Of a stretch of DNA of 64,000 nt, positions 49,796 to 58,734 are shown in pieces; within the stretch, counting starts at the first letter, position 1, and each line of letters begins with the position of its first letter. The stretch is from an uncultured Candidatus Bathyarchaeia archaeon (GTDB taxonomy: Archaea > Thermoproteota > CALKCG01 > B24): contig CAZMSC010000004.1 of assembly GCA_964568845.1 (NCBI GenBank), positions 55-64,054 on the forward strand. The letters are read 5' to 3'. The notes beneath the pieces were generated by a model. The model did not search any database and was not told the DNA's origin. It was given only the letters and a program-made list of their open reading frames with translations. A program made the position numbers and the translations under genes.

Positions 49796-50248
49796 CTACG
49801 TAACCTTCTTCCTCTGAACACCTACAGTTCTACCAGTTCTACCTGTTGTCCTAGTTTTCTGACCTCTAACCTTTAAGCCTAAGCTATGCCTCCAACCCTT
49901 CCAAGATCGAATACTCTTCATAAAGTCGATGTCTTGCTTAATCCTAAGCTCCAGATCAGAGCCTATTAGATGCAGATCTCTGCCTGTTTCCAAGTCTTTA
50001 CGTCTATTAAACATCCAACTTGGAATGTTAAGTTTTGAAGACCCCCTTAAAGCTGCCTCTATTCTTTTAAGTTCTTCATCAGACAACTCACCTATACGTC
50101 TATTCGGATCTACACCTACACTTCTAGCTATAGCCCAGCCGAGTGTGACACCTATGCCTCTGATTTTCCTAAGAGCATAGGGAACCTTCTTAAATCCATC
50201 TAGGTCTGTATCAATTAAACGTACGATGTATCTGAATCCTTCCGTCAA
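49796..50248 (-). CDS. rps13: 30S ribosomal protein uS13
   Basis: YIVRLIDTDLDG, YALRKIRGIG and GLKVRGQKTRTTGR. Confidence 0.9.
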   Translation of the reverse strand: MTEGFRYIVRLIDTDLDGFKKVPYALRKIRGIGVTLGWAIARSVGVDPNRRIGELSDEELKRIEAALRGSSKLNIPSWMFNRRKDLETGRDLHLIGSDLELRIKQDIDFMKSIRSWKGWRHSLGLKVRGQKTRTTGRTGRTVGVQRKKVT

Positions 50249-50357
50249 ATGCTACACCGCGTGCAGAAAACACATAATTAAACCGGTATATAAGTTTATT
50301 TTTAAACTAGTCTTCTCTATTAGACCCCGGCGTTTCTAATAGATGGTTTATAGCGCT

Positions 50358-52817
50358 TCACCACTTTAAAAAGCCGTATTCTAAGATTGATTTAAATTCA
50401 TCAACCGTAAGATCTTTCGGAGTTTCGATTAAAATCTCAGCCCTACCGTTTGGAGGAATGCTTAAGTAGTTTTCACTGTATTTCGCATCGAGATTTCTAA
50501 GCTTAACATAAACTCCATAAGCGTAGTTTTTAACGGTTAAAGTCACTTTAAACATTTGTAATCCTAGTTTATCGACTTTAACATTTAACATCGGGTCTGG
50601 AAACTCTACATGTTTAAACTCACCAATTAAAACGTCATTAACTACTTTACTCTCGTCAAATGACATTTCTGCAATAGCCACAGCTCCTCTAAAGTTTTCA
50701 ACATCCAAAACTAAACATTCTTTCGCAGAGTTTGCTTCAACCTCCAGATCTTCAACAGTCTTACTAAACAATAGTTCACCCGTAAGTTTTTGAATAGTAA
50801 GTTTTAAAACTCCACGTATGCGTTGAAGCGTATCATTCACTATGGAGACCTGAAGGCTTTGCCCTCTTAAGTTTAACGCGATGTAAATAGGGCTGAAAGC
50901 CCTCTTAACGTAGTAGTAGGCGGGTTTAGGTCTAAAGTAGTAGTCTATAAGGCTCCAGCTTATAACAGGCCAACAATCATTGATCTGCCATATGAGACAA
51001 CCACTCGTTTTAAACATCCTGCTTCTCCAATGGGATATGGCGGTTTTTAAAGCCTCTCCCTGATTAAGCTGCGTCAGGTAGATGAATTTTTCAATATTCT
51101 CTGGAACCCTAAAGTGACCCGCTAAAAACCTATATAGTCTTTCAGTCCCCTCATACATCTTGTTGTGCCACTCCATAACTTGACTTTGAACCCATCTATC
51201 TTCTTCAGCTGTAAAAGATTTAACGGTCTCCATACATGGAAAGGCTTGAAAACCAAATTCGCTGATGAACCTACCATTATCCCACAAGTAGGCTTTCCAA
51301 TCCCTCCACCCACTCCACACATCCCAACTGTGTCTATCTCCTTCCCTAGGACTATTGGGGTCGTCTCCCCCATATGGACTACTAGGCCAGTATGGTCTAG
51401 TAGGGTCAAGCAGTTTGACGATCTCAGGAATAACCTTATGGTAGATCTTCTCACCATAGAATCTATCCCTCGCCCACCACTTAGCTTTAAAACCCCAGTC
51501 ATTCTCGTTGTTTCCACACCATAATACTATAGACGGATGGTTTCTAAGCCTCTTAACATTCTCTTCAACCTCTTTTTCAACAGAAACTATGAAGAAGTCC
51601 TCTTCAGGATACTCTCCACATGCGAACATAAAGTCATGCCAAACCATTATACCGAGTTCGTCGCATAAATCATAGAAATCATCAGCTTCATACACTCCTC
51701 CACCCCATATTCTAAGCATGTTCATATTTGCCTTGGAAGCCGCCTCTAAAAGCCTTCTGTAGACTTCTTTATCAACTCTAGGTAGGAAGCTGTCCGCTGG
51801 AACCCAGTTAGCGCCTTTACAAAAAACACGTATACCGTTAATTTTAAATATGAAGCACTCACCCTCTTCATCCTTAGTCCTTTGAAGCTCAACGGATCTG
51901 ATGCCAAACCTAACACTACGACTATCTAAGACGTTTGCATCGCTTAGAAGAAGAACATCGAGCATGTATAGATGTTGAGCGCCGTATCCCCTTGGATACC
52001 AAAGCCTAGGCTTTTTAACTTTAAGCTCAGAACTGAAAACGTTCAATCCTTCCCTAGCCAATCCTTCTACACATACCTCAACATCCTCCCCTCCAATTTT
52101 AAAAAGTAGTTTAACACGACTCGACTTAACACAGTAGACTTCGGCCTCAACTTTAACCAAAGCCTCTTCTTCTGAAATCTTAATAGGGAGCGCTGAGACA
52201 TAGCCTAATCTGGCTTCATCGTAGGCCAGTAGTTCAACATCTCTCCATATACCGGTAGTCGGCAACCTCGGACCCCAATCCCATCCAAACGAATATTGAG
52301 CCTTCCTACCATAGACTCTGGCCGTGTAGAATGCAGCCCATAATTTCCCGTATTTGGATTCCAACATCTCCATAACCCTCGACGGAGACTTAAATCTAAT
52401 GACTAGCATGTTTTTCCCGGGTTTTATAAGCCCGTGGACTTTGAAAACCCATGGATGGAACATGTTGTGTGCCTCACCGAGCTTTACACCGTTAAGCCAA
52501 ACTTCTGCATAAGTATCTAAACCGTGGAAGACAAGTTCTAGACATCTCTTACTGGCTATGCCTTCTGAAACTTCGAAGTCTTTAACATATAACCAATCCT
52601 TTCCTTCAACCCATGAAGCTTCAAGCTCATTCATCTTGTAGAAGGGGTCTGAAATCACGCCGTTTTTCATGAGATCTAGGTGAACTACGCCTGGAACATC
52701 GGCCTTCATCCATTCTCCAGTAGTCAGATCTAACTTTGAAAAATCTACATATTCGTCGAATTCCAGCTTCTTAAAAAACCAAACACCGTTAAGAGAGGTT
52801 CTTACGATAGACATCAT
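50358..52817 (-). CDS. GH2 beta-mannosidase-like glycosidase
   Basis: 819 aa. LNGVWFF, CKGANWVPAD, RNHPSIVLWCGNNEN (acid/base) and FISEFGFQAF (nucleophile). Confidence 0.8.
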   Translation of the reverse strand: MMSIVRTSLNGVWFFKKLEFDEYVDFSKLDLTTGEWMKADVPGVVHLDLMKNGVISDPFYKMNELEASWVEGKDWLYVKDFEVSEGIASKRCLELVFHGLDTYAEVWLNGVKLGEAHNMFHPWVFKVHGLIKPGKNMLVIRFKSPSRVMEMLESKYGKLWAAFYTARVYGRKAQYSFGWDWGPRLPTTGIWRDVELLAYDEARLGYVSALPIKISEEEALVKVEAEVYCVKSSRVKLLFKIGGEDVEVCVEGLAREGLNVFSSELKVKKPRLWYPRGYGAQHLYMLDVLLLSDANVLDSRSVRFGIRSVELQRTKDEEGECFIFKINGIRVFCKGANWVPADSFLPRVDKEVYRRLLEAASKANMNMLRIWGGGVYEADDFYDLCDELGIMVWHDFMFACGEYPEEDFFIVSVEKEVEENVKRLRNHPSIVLWCGNNENDWGFKAKWWARDRFYGEKIYHKVIPEIVKLLDPTRPYWPSSPYGGDDPNSPREGDRHSWDVWSGWRDWKAYLWDNGRFISEFGFQAFPCMETVKSFTAEEDRWVQSQVMEWHNKMYEGTERLYRFLAGHFRVPENIEKFIYLTQLNQGEALKTAISHWRSRMFKTSGCLIWQINDCWPVISWSLIDYYFRPKPAYYYVKRAFSPIYIALNLRGQSLQVSIVNDTLQRIRGVLKLTIQKLTGELLFSKTVEDLEVEANSAKECLVLDVENFRGAVAIAEMSFDESKVVNDVLIGEFKHVEFPDPMLNVKVDKLGLQMFKVTLTVKNYAYGVYVKLRNLDAKYSENYLSIPPNGRAEILIETPKDLTVDEFKSILEYGFLKW

Positions 52818-53046
52818 TATACGGTAGTATTGAATCGAATTTAAATATAACCACTTTTAAAGTCTTAACTTCTACCGTTAGAGAACTCTAAAACTCCTCT
52901 TGATTGTTGGAGCCTACCCTTCAGCTTCAACCCCTTACCTCTATTAAACTTCGCCATGTTCGTTGAGCGTAAGTGAAGATTGAAGATTAAGTGTAAAGAT
53001 TCTAAGTTTAAAGGCTTCGGCACACTATACAGCTTAAGGTGGTAAG

Positions 53047-54078
53047 TTGAGTAAAATTAAGCTAGGATTTATAGGGTGCGGTTCTCATTCAACGGAAAAC
53101 CTATACCCATGTTTAAGGTATTTTACGGATAAAATCGAGCTTGTAGCAACATGCGACATCGATGTGGAGAGGGCGGAGAGAAACGCTAGATTGTTCGGGT
53201 TTAGTAGATGGTATAAAGACTATAGGCAGATGGTCGAGACGGAAGACTTAGACGGAGTTTTCGTAGTCGGCCATCCAAATATGCATTATGAGGTTGGCCT
53301 TGAATGTCTGAAATCTGGAATCCACGTATTTGTAGAGAAGCCGCCGGCACTAAATTCAGACCAAGCATACAAGCTTTTAGAGGCATCTAGGGAATACGGC
53401 AGATTTGCAATGGTTGCTTTTATGAAGAGGTTTTCAGTAGGCTATAGACTTGCCAAAACGATTGTAAGTAAACTAGAGCAGGGTAGAATTGCTCACGTAT
53501 CGACTAAATTCGCCAACGGACCGTATGGATCTATATGGGGTATAACGCCGCCAGCTAAAGCATTTTTAATAGGTCAAGCCGTCCACCACTTCGACCTTGT
53601 AAGATTTCTAGTTGGGGAAGTTGAGGAAGTTTACGCTAAACTTCACACATTAACCGATGTTAAGTTCTCATTTTCAATACTTTTAACTTTTGAAAACGGT
53701 GCGACTGGTGTTATGAACCTTAATTCGTGTCAATCATGGTCTAAAATAGACGAATACGTAGAAGTTACATGTGATGAATCGTTCGTATTTATCGATGATA
53801 TGGCTTCTCAAGTCAAGTATTACCCGAGGGGTTTATGGATTGAAACAGAGGGCTTTAAAGCTGCGAATCAGGGATACTTTTGGGAGATAAACCACTTGCC
53901 TAGTGTAGAGTATCAGAGTAGATACCTCAGGGGATACTATGGTGAAATCGAGCATTTTATAGATTCCATTTTGAAAAATAGACCCCCAAAACCAGACATA
54001 GAAGACGGGTTTAAAGCAGTTAGACTAGCTGAAGCTGTATGGAAGAGTGTTTGCGAAGGAAGAGCGGTAAGCATTTAA
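53047..54078 (+). CDS. Gfo/Idh/MocA-family NAD(P) oxidoreductase
   Basis: LGFIGCGSHS Rossmann start and the VFVEKPPA motif. Confidence 0.8.
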   Translation: MSKIKLGFIGCGSHSTENLYPCLRYFTDKIELVATCDIDVERAERNARLFGFSRWYKDYRQMVETEDLDGVFVVGHPNMHYEVGLECLKSGIHVFVEKPPALNSDQAYKLLEASREYGRFAMVAFMKRFSVGYRLAKTIVSKLEQGRIAHVSTKFANGPYGSIWGITPPAKAFLIGQAVHHFDLVRFLVGEVEEVYAKLHTLTDVKFSFSILLTFENGATGVMNLNSCQSWSKIDEYVEVTCDESFVFIDDMASQVKYYPRGLWIETEGFKAANQGYFWEINHLPSVEYQSRYLRGYYGEIEHFIDSILKNRPPKPDIEDGFKAVRLAEAVWKSVCEGRAVSI

Positions 54079-54114
54079 TAGTTCAATTGAATGTAGTTAC
54101 TAGGTATAATTTAG

Positions 54115-54642
54115 GTGTTTGATTTGGTTTACGTAATAGTAATCTGTGAAAGGGGGGAAAGCTTCATGGTTTTAAGGGAGGTCAGCGATTTAGGCGAGTT
54201 CAAAGAAACTGGTTTTAGAGATGTTTTACAAGGCCAAGTCGATGATTTAGAAGCGTTTTTAGAAGAACTGTATAAGAGGCAAATTATGAACGTGAGCCGT
54301 GTAATACCAGTAGAGGAATTCTTCAGATTTAAACCGGAAAACTTACTAGAAATATTGAAGGAAAAAGTTAGGTGTTTAACAGATAGGATTGGAGAGGGTG
54401 AAAGCTTCTGCGTAAGAGTTGAACGTAGGGGATTCAAGGGGGCCATTTCCAGTAGCGATTTGGAGAGAAATCTAGGAGGATATATATGGCAACTTTTAAA
54501 AGACAAGTATGGAAAACCCCCGAGGGTTGATTTGACAAATCCAGATAAACTGATATCCATTCAAACCATAGGTGGATTATGTGGAATAACGTTAATAGAT
54601 CGGAGGCTTAGAGAGAAGTATCCCATCGTTAAAGTTAAGTAG
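54115..54642 (+). CDS. THUMP-domain RNA-binding protein
   Basis: FCVRVERRGFKGAISSSDLERNLGGYI fits the THUMP core. GTG start. Confidence 0.6.
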   Translation: MFDLVYVIVICERGESFMVLREVSDLGEFKETGFRDVLQGQVDDLEAFLEELYKRQIMNVSRVIPVEEFFRFKPENLLEILKEKVRCLTDRIGEGESFCVRVERRGFKGAISSSDLERNLGGYIWQLLKDKYGKPPRVDLTNPDKLISIQTIGGLCGITLIDRRLREKYPIVKVK

Positions 54643-54720
54643 GGAAAAGCATAGTGAATCAGCAAGTCTTTCTGGTCAAAACACCATCAAAACTTCACTT
54701 GAGAAATAAAATATTAAGAA

Positions 54721-55248
54721 CTAAAGCTTATAACCTATCTTCCTCAGGAACTTCTTCCTTTCTTCAACGTCTTCTTCCTTCTCGACCCCCTTTGTTTTAA
54801 AGCCGTCTATAACGCCCAGTATCCCCCTACCCTGATCCGTTTCAGCCACTACTACCTGTAGCGGGTTAGACGTAGCGGCTATTATTCTACAGACTTCGGG
54901 AACATGTTTAATAGCATTAAGCACGTTTATAGGATATGCGTCTCTAAGATATATGATGAAAACGTGGCCGCAACCAATTTTTAAAGCATTATCAACCGCA
55001 AGTTTCTTCAACTCATCGTCGTTACCACTTACTCTAATTAGGCATGGTCCACTAGCTTCATTGAAAGCTAATCCGAATTTCACAGTCGGAGTGGAATTTA
55101 CTAAAGCTTCATGCAGGTCCTCAACAGTCTTTATGAAATGGGCCTGTCCAATTATAACATTCACATTTTTAGGGACATCCAACGTTACAACTTCAGTTTT
55201 TAGCTCCAAGACTAGACGCCCCTGAAAAATATCAATTCTAACAAACAT
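54721..55248 (-). CDS. adenosine-specific kinase family protein (PF04008-like)
   Basis: [62 protein letters not shown] and GVIDGF...[14 protein letters not shown]. Start set at the internal ATG. Confidence 0.7.
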   Translation of the reverse strand: MFVRIDIFQGRLVLELKTEVVTLDVPKNVNVIIGQAHFIKTVEDLHEALVNSTPTVKFGLAFNEASGPCLIRVSGNDDELKKLAVDNALKIGCGHVFIIYLRDAYPINVLNAIKHVPEVCRIIAATSNPLQVVVAETDQGRGILGVIDGFKTKGVEKEEDVEERKKFLRKIGYKL

Positions 55249-55409
55249 ATTAAAATTGCTTTTGCCGAACAAATAGACGCTCAATTGACTGCGACCACCT
55301 TGTAGAATAAAAGACATACATATGTATAGAAGGTAGTAAAAGTATGTACTTTTAAGATAAGCTTAAAAGTATCCACGTTCACAATTCTCCAGATTCATTA
55401 GGCGATCAC

Positions 55410-56102
55410 TTGAATTTTAAAATCAGATTGCTACTGATACTGTTAATCGTAGTGATTTTAGGGTTAGGAATTAGAATCGCATATAGAGATGTTGAAAAAT
55501 TTATAATTTATGGTTCTCCAGCGTACAAGGGATTCGGCATCTTTATCCTATGTTTTATAGGAAGTGCATCTCCAATCATTCCAATACCTTATACAGCCGT
55601 AATCCTAATTTTAGCTGCATCCGTACCAGGTCTCAACTTAGTCGAAATAGCGATATGGGGAGGCTTAGGATCAGGATTGGGACAGACTACAAGCTGGATT
55701 GTGGGCAAGTATATAGGTAAAGGTGTCAGATCGCCTAAGTACGAGAAACGGCTTAAAATTTTAGCAACTCTAACTCAGAGGTATGGTCTGATCATTTCCT
55801 TCGCAATATTTGTATTTGCACTTACACCTTTACCAGACAGCATCCTATTCATAATACTGGGTACTATAAACTACAACCTAATATACGTATTGGTGCCAGC
55901 CATACTGGGTAAGATCGCCATGATTTACATAATCGGTCTATTCGGTAGAATCGTAGGTGAAAGGCTACCTTTCTGGTTCTCCTTCCTCTTAACAATACTT
56001 CTCACCATCATGTTTATAGCTATCGTTGAATTCGTAGACTGGGAGAGACTGGCTAAAAAATACTTTAAGACTCTCTTCTTTAAAGAAAATGGGAAAGATT
56101 AG
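55410..56102 (+). CDS. polytopic membrane protein (possibly DedA/VTT-like)
   Basis: Five to six hydrophobic helices and an SPIIPIPYTAVIL motif. TTG start. Confidence 0.45.
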   Translation: MNFKIRLLLILLIVVILGLGIRIAYRDVEKFIIYGSPAYKGFGIFILCFIGSASPIIPIPYTAVILILAASVPGLNLVEIAIWGGLGSGLGQTTSWIVGKYIGKGVRSPKYEKRLKILATLTQRYGLIISFAIFVFALTPLPDSILFIILGTINYNLIYVLVPAILGKIAMIYIIGLFGRIVGERLPFWFSFLLTILLTIMFIAIVEFVDWERLAKKYFKTLFFKENGKD

Positions 56103-56296
56103 AGCGGTTCCGGAAATCGAATATTTGCCATTTTTCCCAGGGATGCCCTTATTCTATTCGTATGGGTAAGTTTCCATATTCCCATATGATTCTAGTGACG
56201 CATCTGGATTTCAAAGGTTGGATCCTCTAGGGGCTTAGTAGAAGCTTTACAGTTCTCCTTTTTCACCTTGAGGAGATAACTGATTGTTTATTGATG

Positions 56297-56318
56297 AAAA
56301 TGTAGACAAAATGTAGAC
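56297..56318. repeat. perfect tandem duplication of the 11-mer AAAATGTAGAC
   Basis: 56297-56307 is identical to 56308-56318. An inverted 9-nt copy GTCTACATT lies at 56375-56383. Confidence 0.9.
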
Positions 56319-56606
56319 ATATAGTATAGTGGGGGAAGAGTAGTTAAGTAACGGCAGTTAAACCAGCGGTTAAAGTCTACATTCGACTTCAGAGATCCAT
56401 AGATGAAGACTGAAGAGATAAAGGCTTTAGACCCAGATATGTAGCTTGAAGAAGAAGTTCTAAAAGCCCTGAAAGAACTCCCACTCTTAGTTGAATCAGG
56501 GGGGAGATTCCAATGCGTGGCATAAGACTGGGGGATTTACAATGGGGTTATGGAATAAGCCGAAGATATTTCATGGAAGATTTATGGAAAAAATCCATAG
56601 AGATAT

Positions 56607-56640
56607 CATGGAAAAACCTAGGGGAGGGGGTCTAAACGAC
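56607..56640 (+). repeat. direct repeat copy A (CATGGAAAAACCTAGGGGAGGGGGTCTAAACGAC)
   Basis: Shares GAAAAAC..CCTAGG..AGGGGGTCTAAACG with copy B, 275 bp downstream. Confidence 0.85.
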
Positions 56641-56881
56641 CAAGATCTACGTTAAAATCCTGTTTCCGGTCGAGTTTGAACGTGAGCGCGAGGAGCTCTA
56701 CAGGGTGTTGAAGGACGCTTTAAAGCGTGCTGAACGTATAGCTAACGATGAGAGAGTTAAGGTAAAGACAAGGCTTGAAGCCTTCAGGCTTGTAGGATAC
56801 ATAGCAAGCATAATTGCAGGCATTTTGAAAGACTTCCAGCTCGACGAGATCGAACGCGAGCTTACGGAGCTGGAGGAAGAT

Positions 56882-56914
56882 GTGAAAAACACCTAGGAGG
56901 GGGTCTAAACGTCC
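56882..56914 (+). repeat. direct repeat copy B (GTGAAAAACACCTAGGAGGGGGTCTAAACGTCC)
   Basis: See copy A. The 14-nt core AGGGGGTCTAAACG is identical, and the flanks differ by two 2-nt indels and one substitution. Confidence 0.85.
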
Positions 56915-57015
56915 ATAGTGAAATCCATACAAACATTCATAGAGGCTGGATTCAAATACGTAACCGCCTTCAACGGAATAATGCTATTCAGAAAACGCAG
57001 GTGATAACGTTTTGC

Positions 57016-57125
57016 GGGGGAGTTTAATGTTTCAGACTATACTTTAACATTGAGTGCATAGGTTTTGTAAACGCTACAGCGTACATCTAAACCCATGTTA
57101 CGCATTCTACGTTCAAAACTCCCCC
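57016..57125. repeat. 10-bp perfect inverted repeat GGGGGAGTTT / AAACTCCCCC separated by 90 nt
   Basis: 57016-57025 and 57116-57125 are exact reverse complements. Confidence 0.85.
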
Positions 57126-57318
57126 TAGATAGATGGTTTAAATATATGAGCCAAGGTATTCTATCGGCAACGTCCCCTTTCAAAGTTAAGTAACCCTTTC
57201 AGCCACATCCATACGCGACCAAATAGCATCATAGAGAACGGCGTTTAAGAATTTTTAACATTGTAAACGACTGACGTAACGCTTTTAAGTATACGTGTGA
57301 AATCTATTTCAGTAGACT

Positions 57319-58368
57319 TTGGGAATAGACCTAGGAGAACTCATAGTTAAAACTCCTTTAACCTTTGAACAGCTTTCAGGTAAATCTATAGCCATAGACG
57401 CATATAACGCACTATATCAATTTCTCGCCATAATAAGAGGCCCTAGCGGTGAGCCCCTTAAGGATAGAACTGGCAGAATCACCAGCCATCTAAGTGGGCT
57501 ACTCTATAGAAGCTGTGCATTAATGTCTTACGGCATCAGGCTCGTATATGTTTTCGATGGGAGGCCTCCGGTGGAGAAGGAAGTCGAGATTAAACGTAGA
57601 ATGAAGATTAAGGAGGAGGCTATTGTAAAATATGAGGAGGCATTAAAAGTAGGAGACTTTGAAGCAGCTAGAAAATACGCTCAAGCTACGGCAACACTTA
57701 AAGATGATATGGTTGAAGATGCTAAAAGACTCTTATCCTACTTAGGTATTCCTTGGATTCAAGCACCTTCAGAAGGTGAGGCACAAGCATCATACATGGC
57801 TTCTAAGGGTCACGTATGGGCAGTAGCTTCACAAGATCATGATTGTCTACTGTTTGGAGCCCCTAGACTCGTTAGAAACCTCGCGGTAACTGGTAGGAGG
57901 AAGCTCCCCGGTCGGAAACTCTACGTTGAATTGCAGCCTGAACTTATCGAGCTCGAAAAAGTCCTTAAGGCAAATGCAATAACTAGGGAGCAACTTATAG
58001 ATATAGCTATTCTGATAGGTACAGACTATAATCCAGAGGGTATCAAAGGTATAGGTCCTAAGAAAGGTTTAAAACTCATAAAAGAGTATGGAAATTTAAA
58101 AGCCCTGCTAGATGAACACGTCATAGATTCTTTAAGTTTCCTAGTAGACCCAGAAACCATAAAGAAGAAATTTTTAAACCCTGACGTTACAACGGATTAC
58201 GAGCTCATATGGGAAGAGCCTAAGGTTTCAGATGTTATAAAGTTTCTATGCTATGAAAGAGATTTCTCTGAAAGTAGAGTTAAGAATGCATTAGACCAGG
58301 CAATTAAAGCTTTCAGGGAGAAGTATAGGCAGAGACGCCTATTCAATCTTAGCGTTTTCACGTTTTGA
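57319..58368 (+). CDS. fen: flap endonuclease 1
   Basis: MGIDLGELI, IDAYNALYQFL, VYVFDG, APSEGEAQ, SQDHDCLLFG and GTDYNPEGIKGIGPKK (H3TH). TTG start. Confidence 0.9.
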   Translation: MGIDLGELIVKTPLTFEQLSGKSIAIDAYNALYQFLAIIRGPSGEPLKDRTGRITSHLSGLLYRSCALMSYGIRLVYVFDGRPPVEKEVEIKRRMKIKEEAIVKYEEALKVGDFEAARKYAQATATLKDDMVEDAKRLLSYLGIPWIQAPSEGEAQASYMASKGHVWAVASQDHDCLLFGAPRLVRNLAVTGRRKLPGRKLYVELQPELIELEKVLKANAITREQLIDIAILIGTDYNPEGIKGIGPKKGLKLIKEYGNLKALLDEHVIDSLSFLVDPETIKKKFLNPDVTTDYELIWEEPKVSDVIKFLCYERDFSESRVKNALDQAIKAFREKYRQRRLFNLSVFTF

Positions 58369-58505
58369 AGTATTTTCAAAATGTCTATGCTATAGGAGTG
58401 ATGGAGAACGTGATATTTTCCATGTAGTTCACCATTGGGAAATTTTCATAGAAAACGTTAGTTTTAAAAAGCATTACGATAAACATCTCTTATAGAGGGG
58501 AGAGA

Positions 58506-58601
58506 ATGAGTAGTGAGAAATATAAATGTGAAATATGCAATAAAGAATTTCCAAGTAAGAAAAGCCTTGCCGCTCATAAGAGAGTACACAAGAAAAAGTA
58601 A
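58506..58601 (+). CDS. 31-aa classical C2H2 zinc-finger protein (not in the ORF track)
   Basis: ATG..TAA encodes MSSEKYKCEICNKEFPSKKSLAAHKRVHKKK. It matches Y-x-C-x2-C-x3-F-x5-L-x2-H-x3-H exactly. GGGGAGAG lies 4 nt upstream of the ATG and TTTTAAAAA lies about 35 nt upstream. Confidence 0.6.
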   Translation: MSSEKYKCEICNKEFPSKKSLAAHKRVHKKK

Positions 58602-58734
58602 ACTCTAAATCTCTCCCATCTTAAACCCCATTTTTATTGCATAACCTATATTTTTAAAACACCGAGACCCCCTCAAAACATTTTTATCTATGTAAAATAT
58701 TTTATAATTATAAAATATTTAACGAGGGGAAAGA

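Larger units (their letters stand above)
56513..57004 (+). pseudogene. decayed ORF: one reading frame open for 164 codons apart from three in-frame stops
   Basis: Phase-2 frame reads MRGIRLGDLQWGYGISRRYFMEDLWKKSIEISWKNLGEGV*TTKIYVKILFPVEFEREREELYRVLKDALKRAERIANDERVKVKTRLEAFRLVGYIASIIAGILKDFQLDEIERELTELEEDVKNT*EGV*TSIVKSIQTFIEAGFKYVTAFNGIMLFRKRR*. Stops are at 56633, 56894 and 56906. No family recognised. Confidence 0.35.

Noticed and set aside
56103-56190. 28-aa minus-strand ORF (MGIWKLTHTNRIRASLGKMANIRFPEPL) abutting the membrane-protein gene stop
   Set aside because: It is very short, has no motif and no upstream signals, and is probably random.
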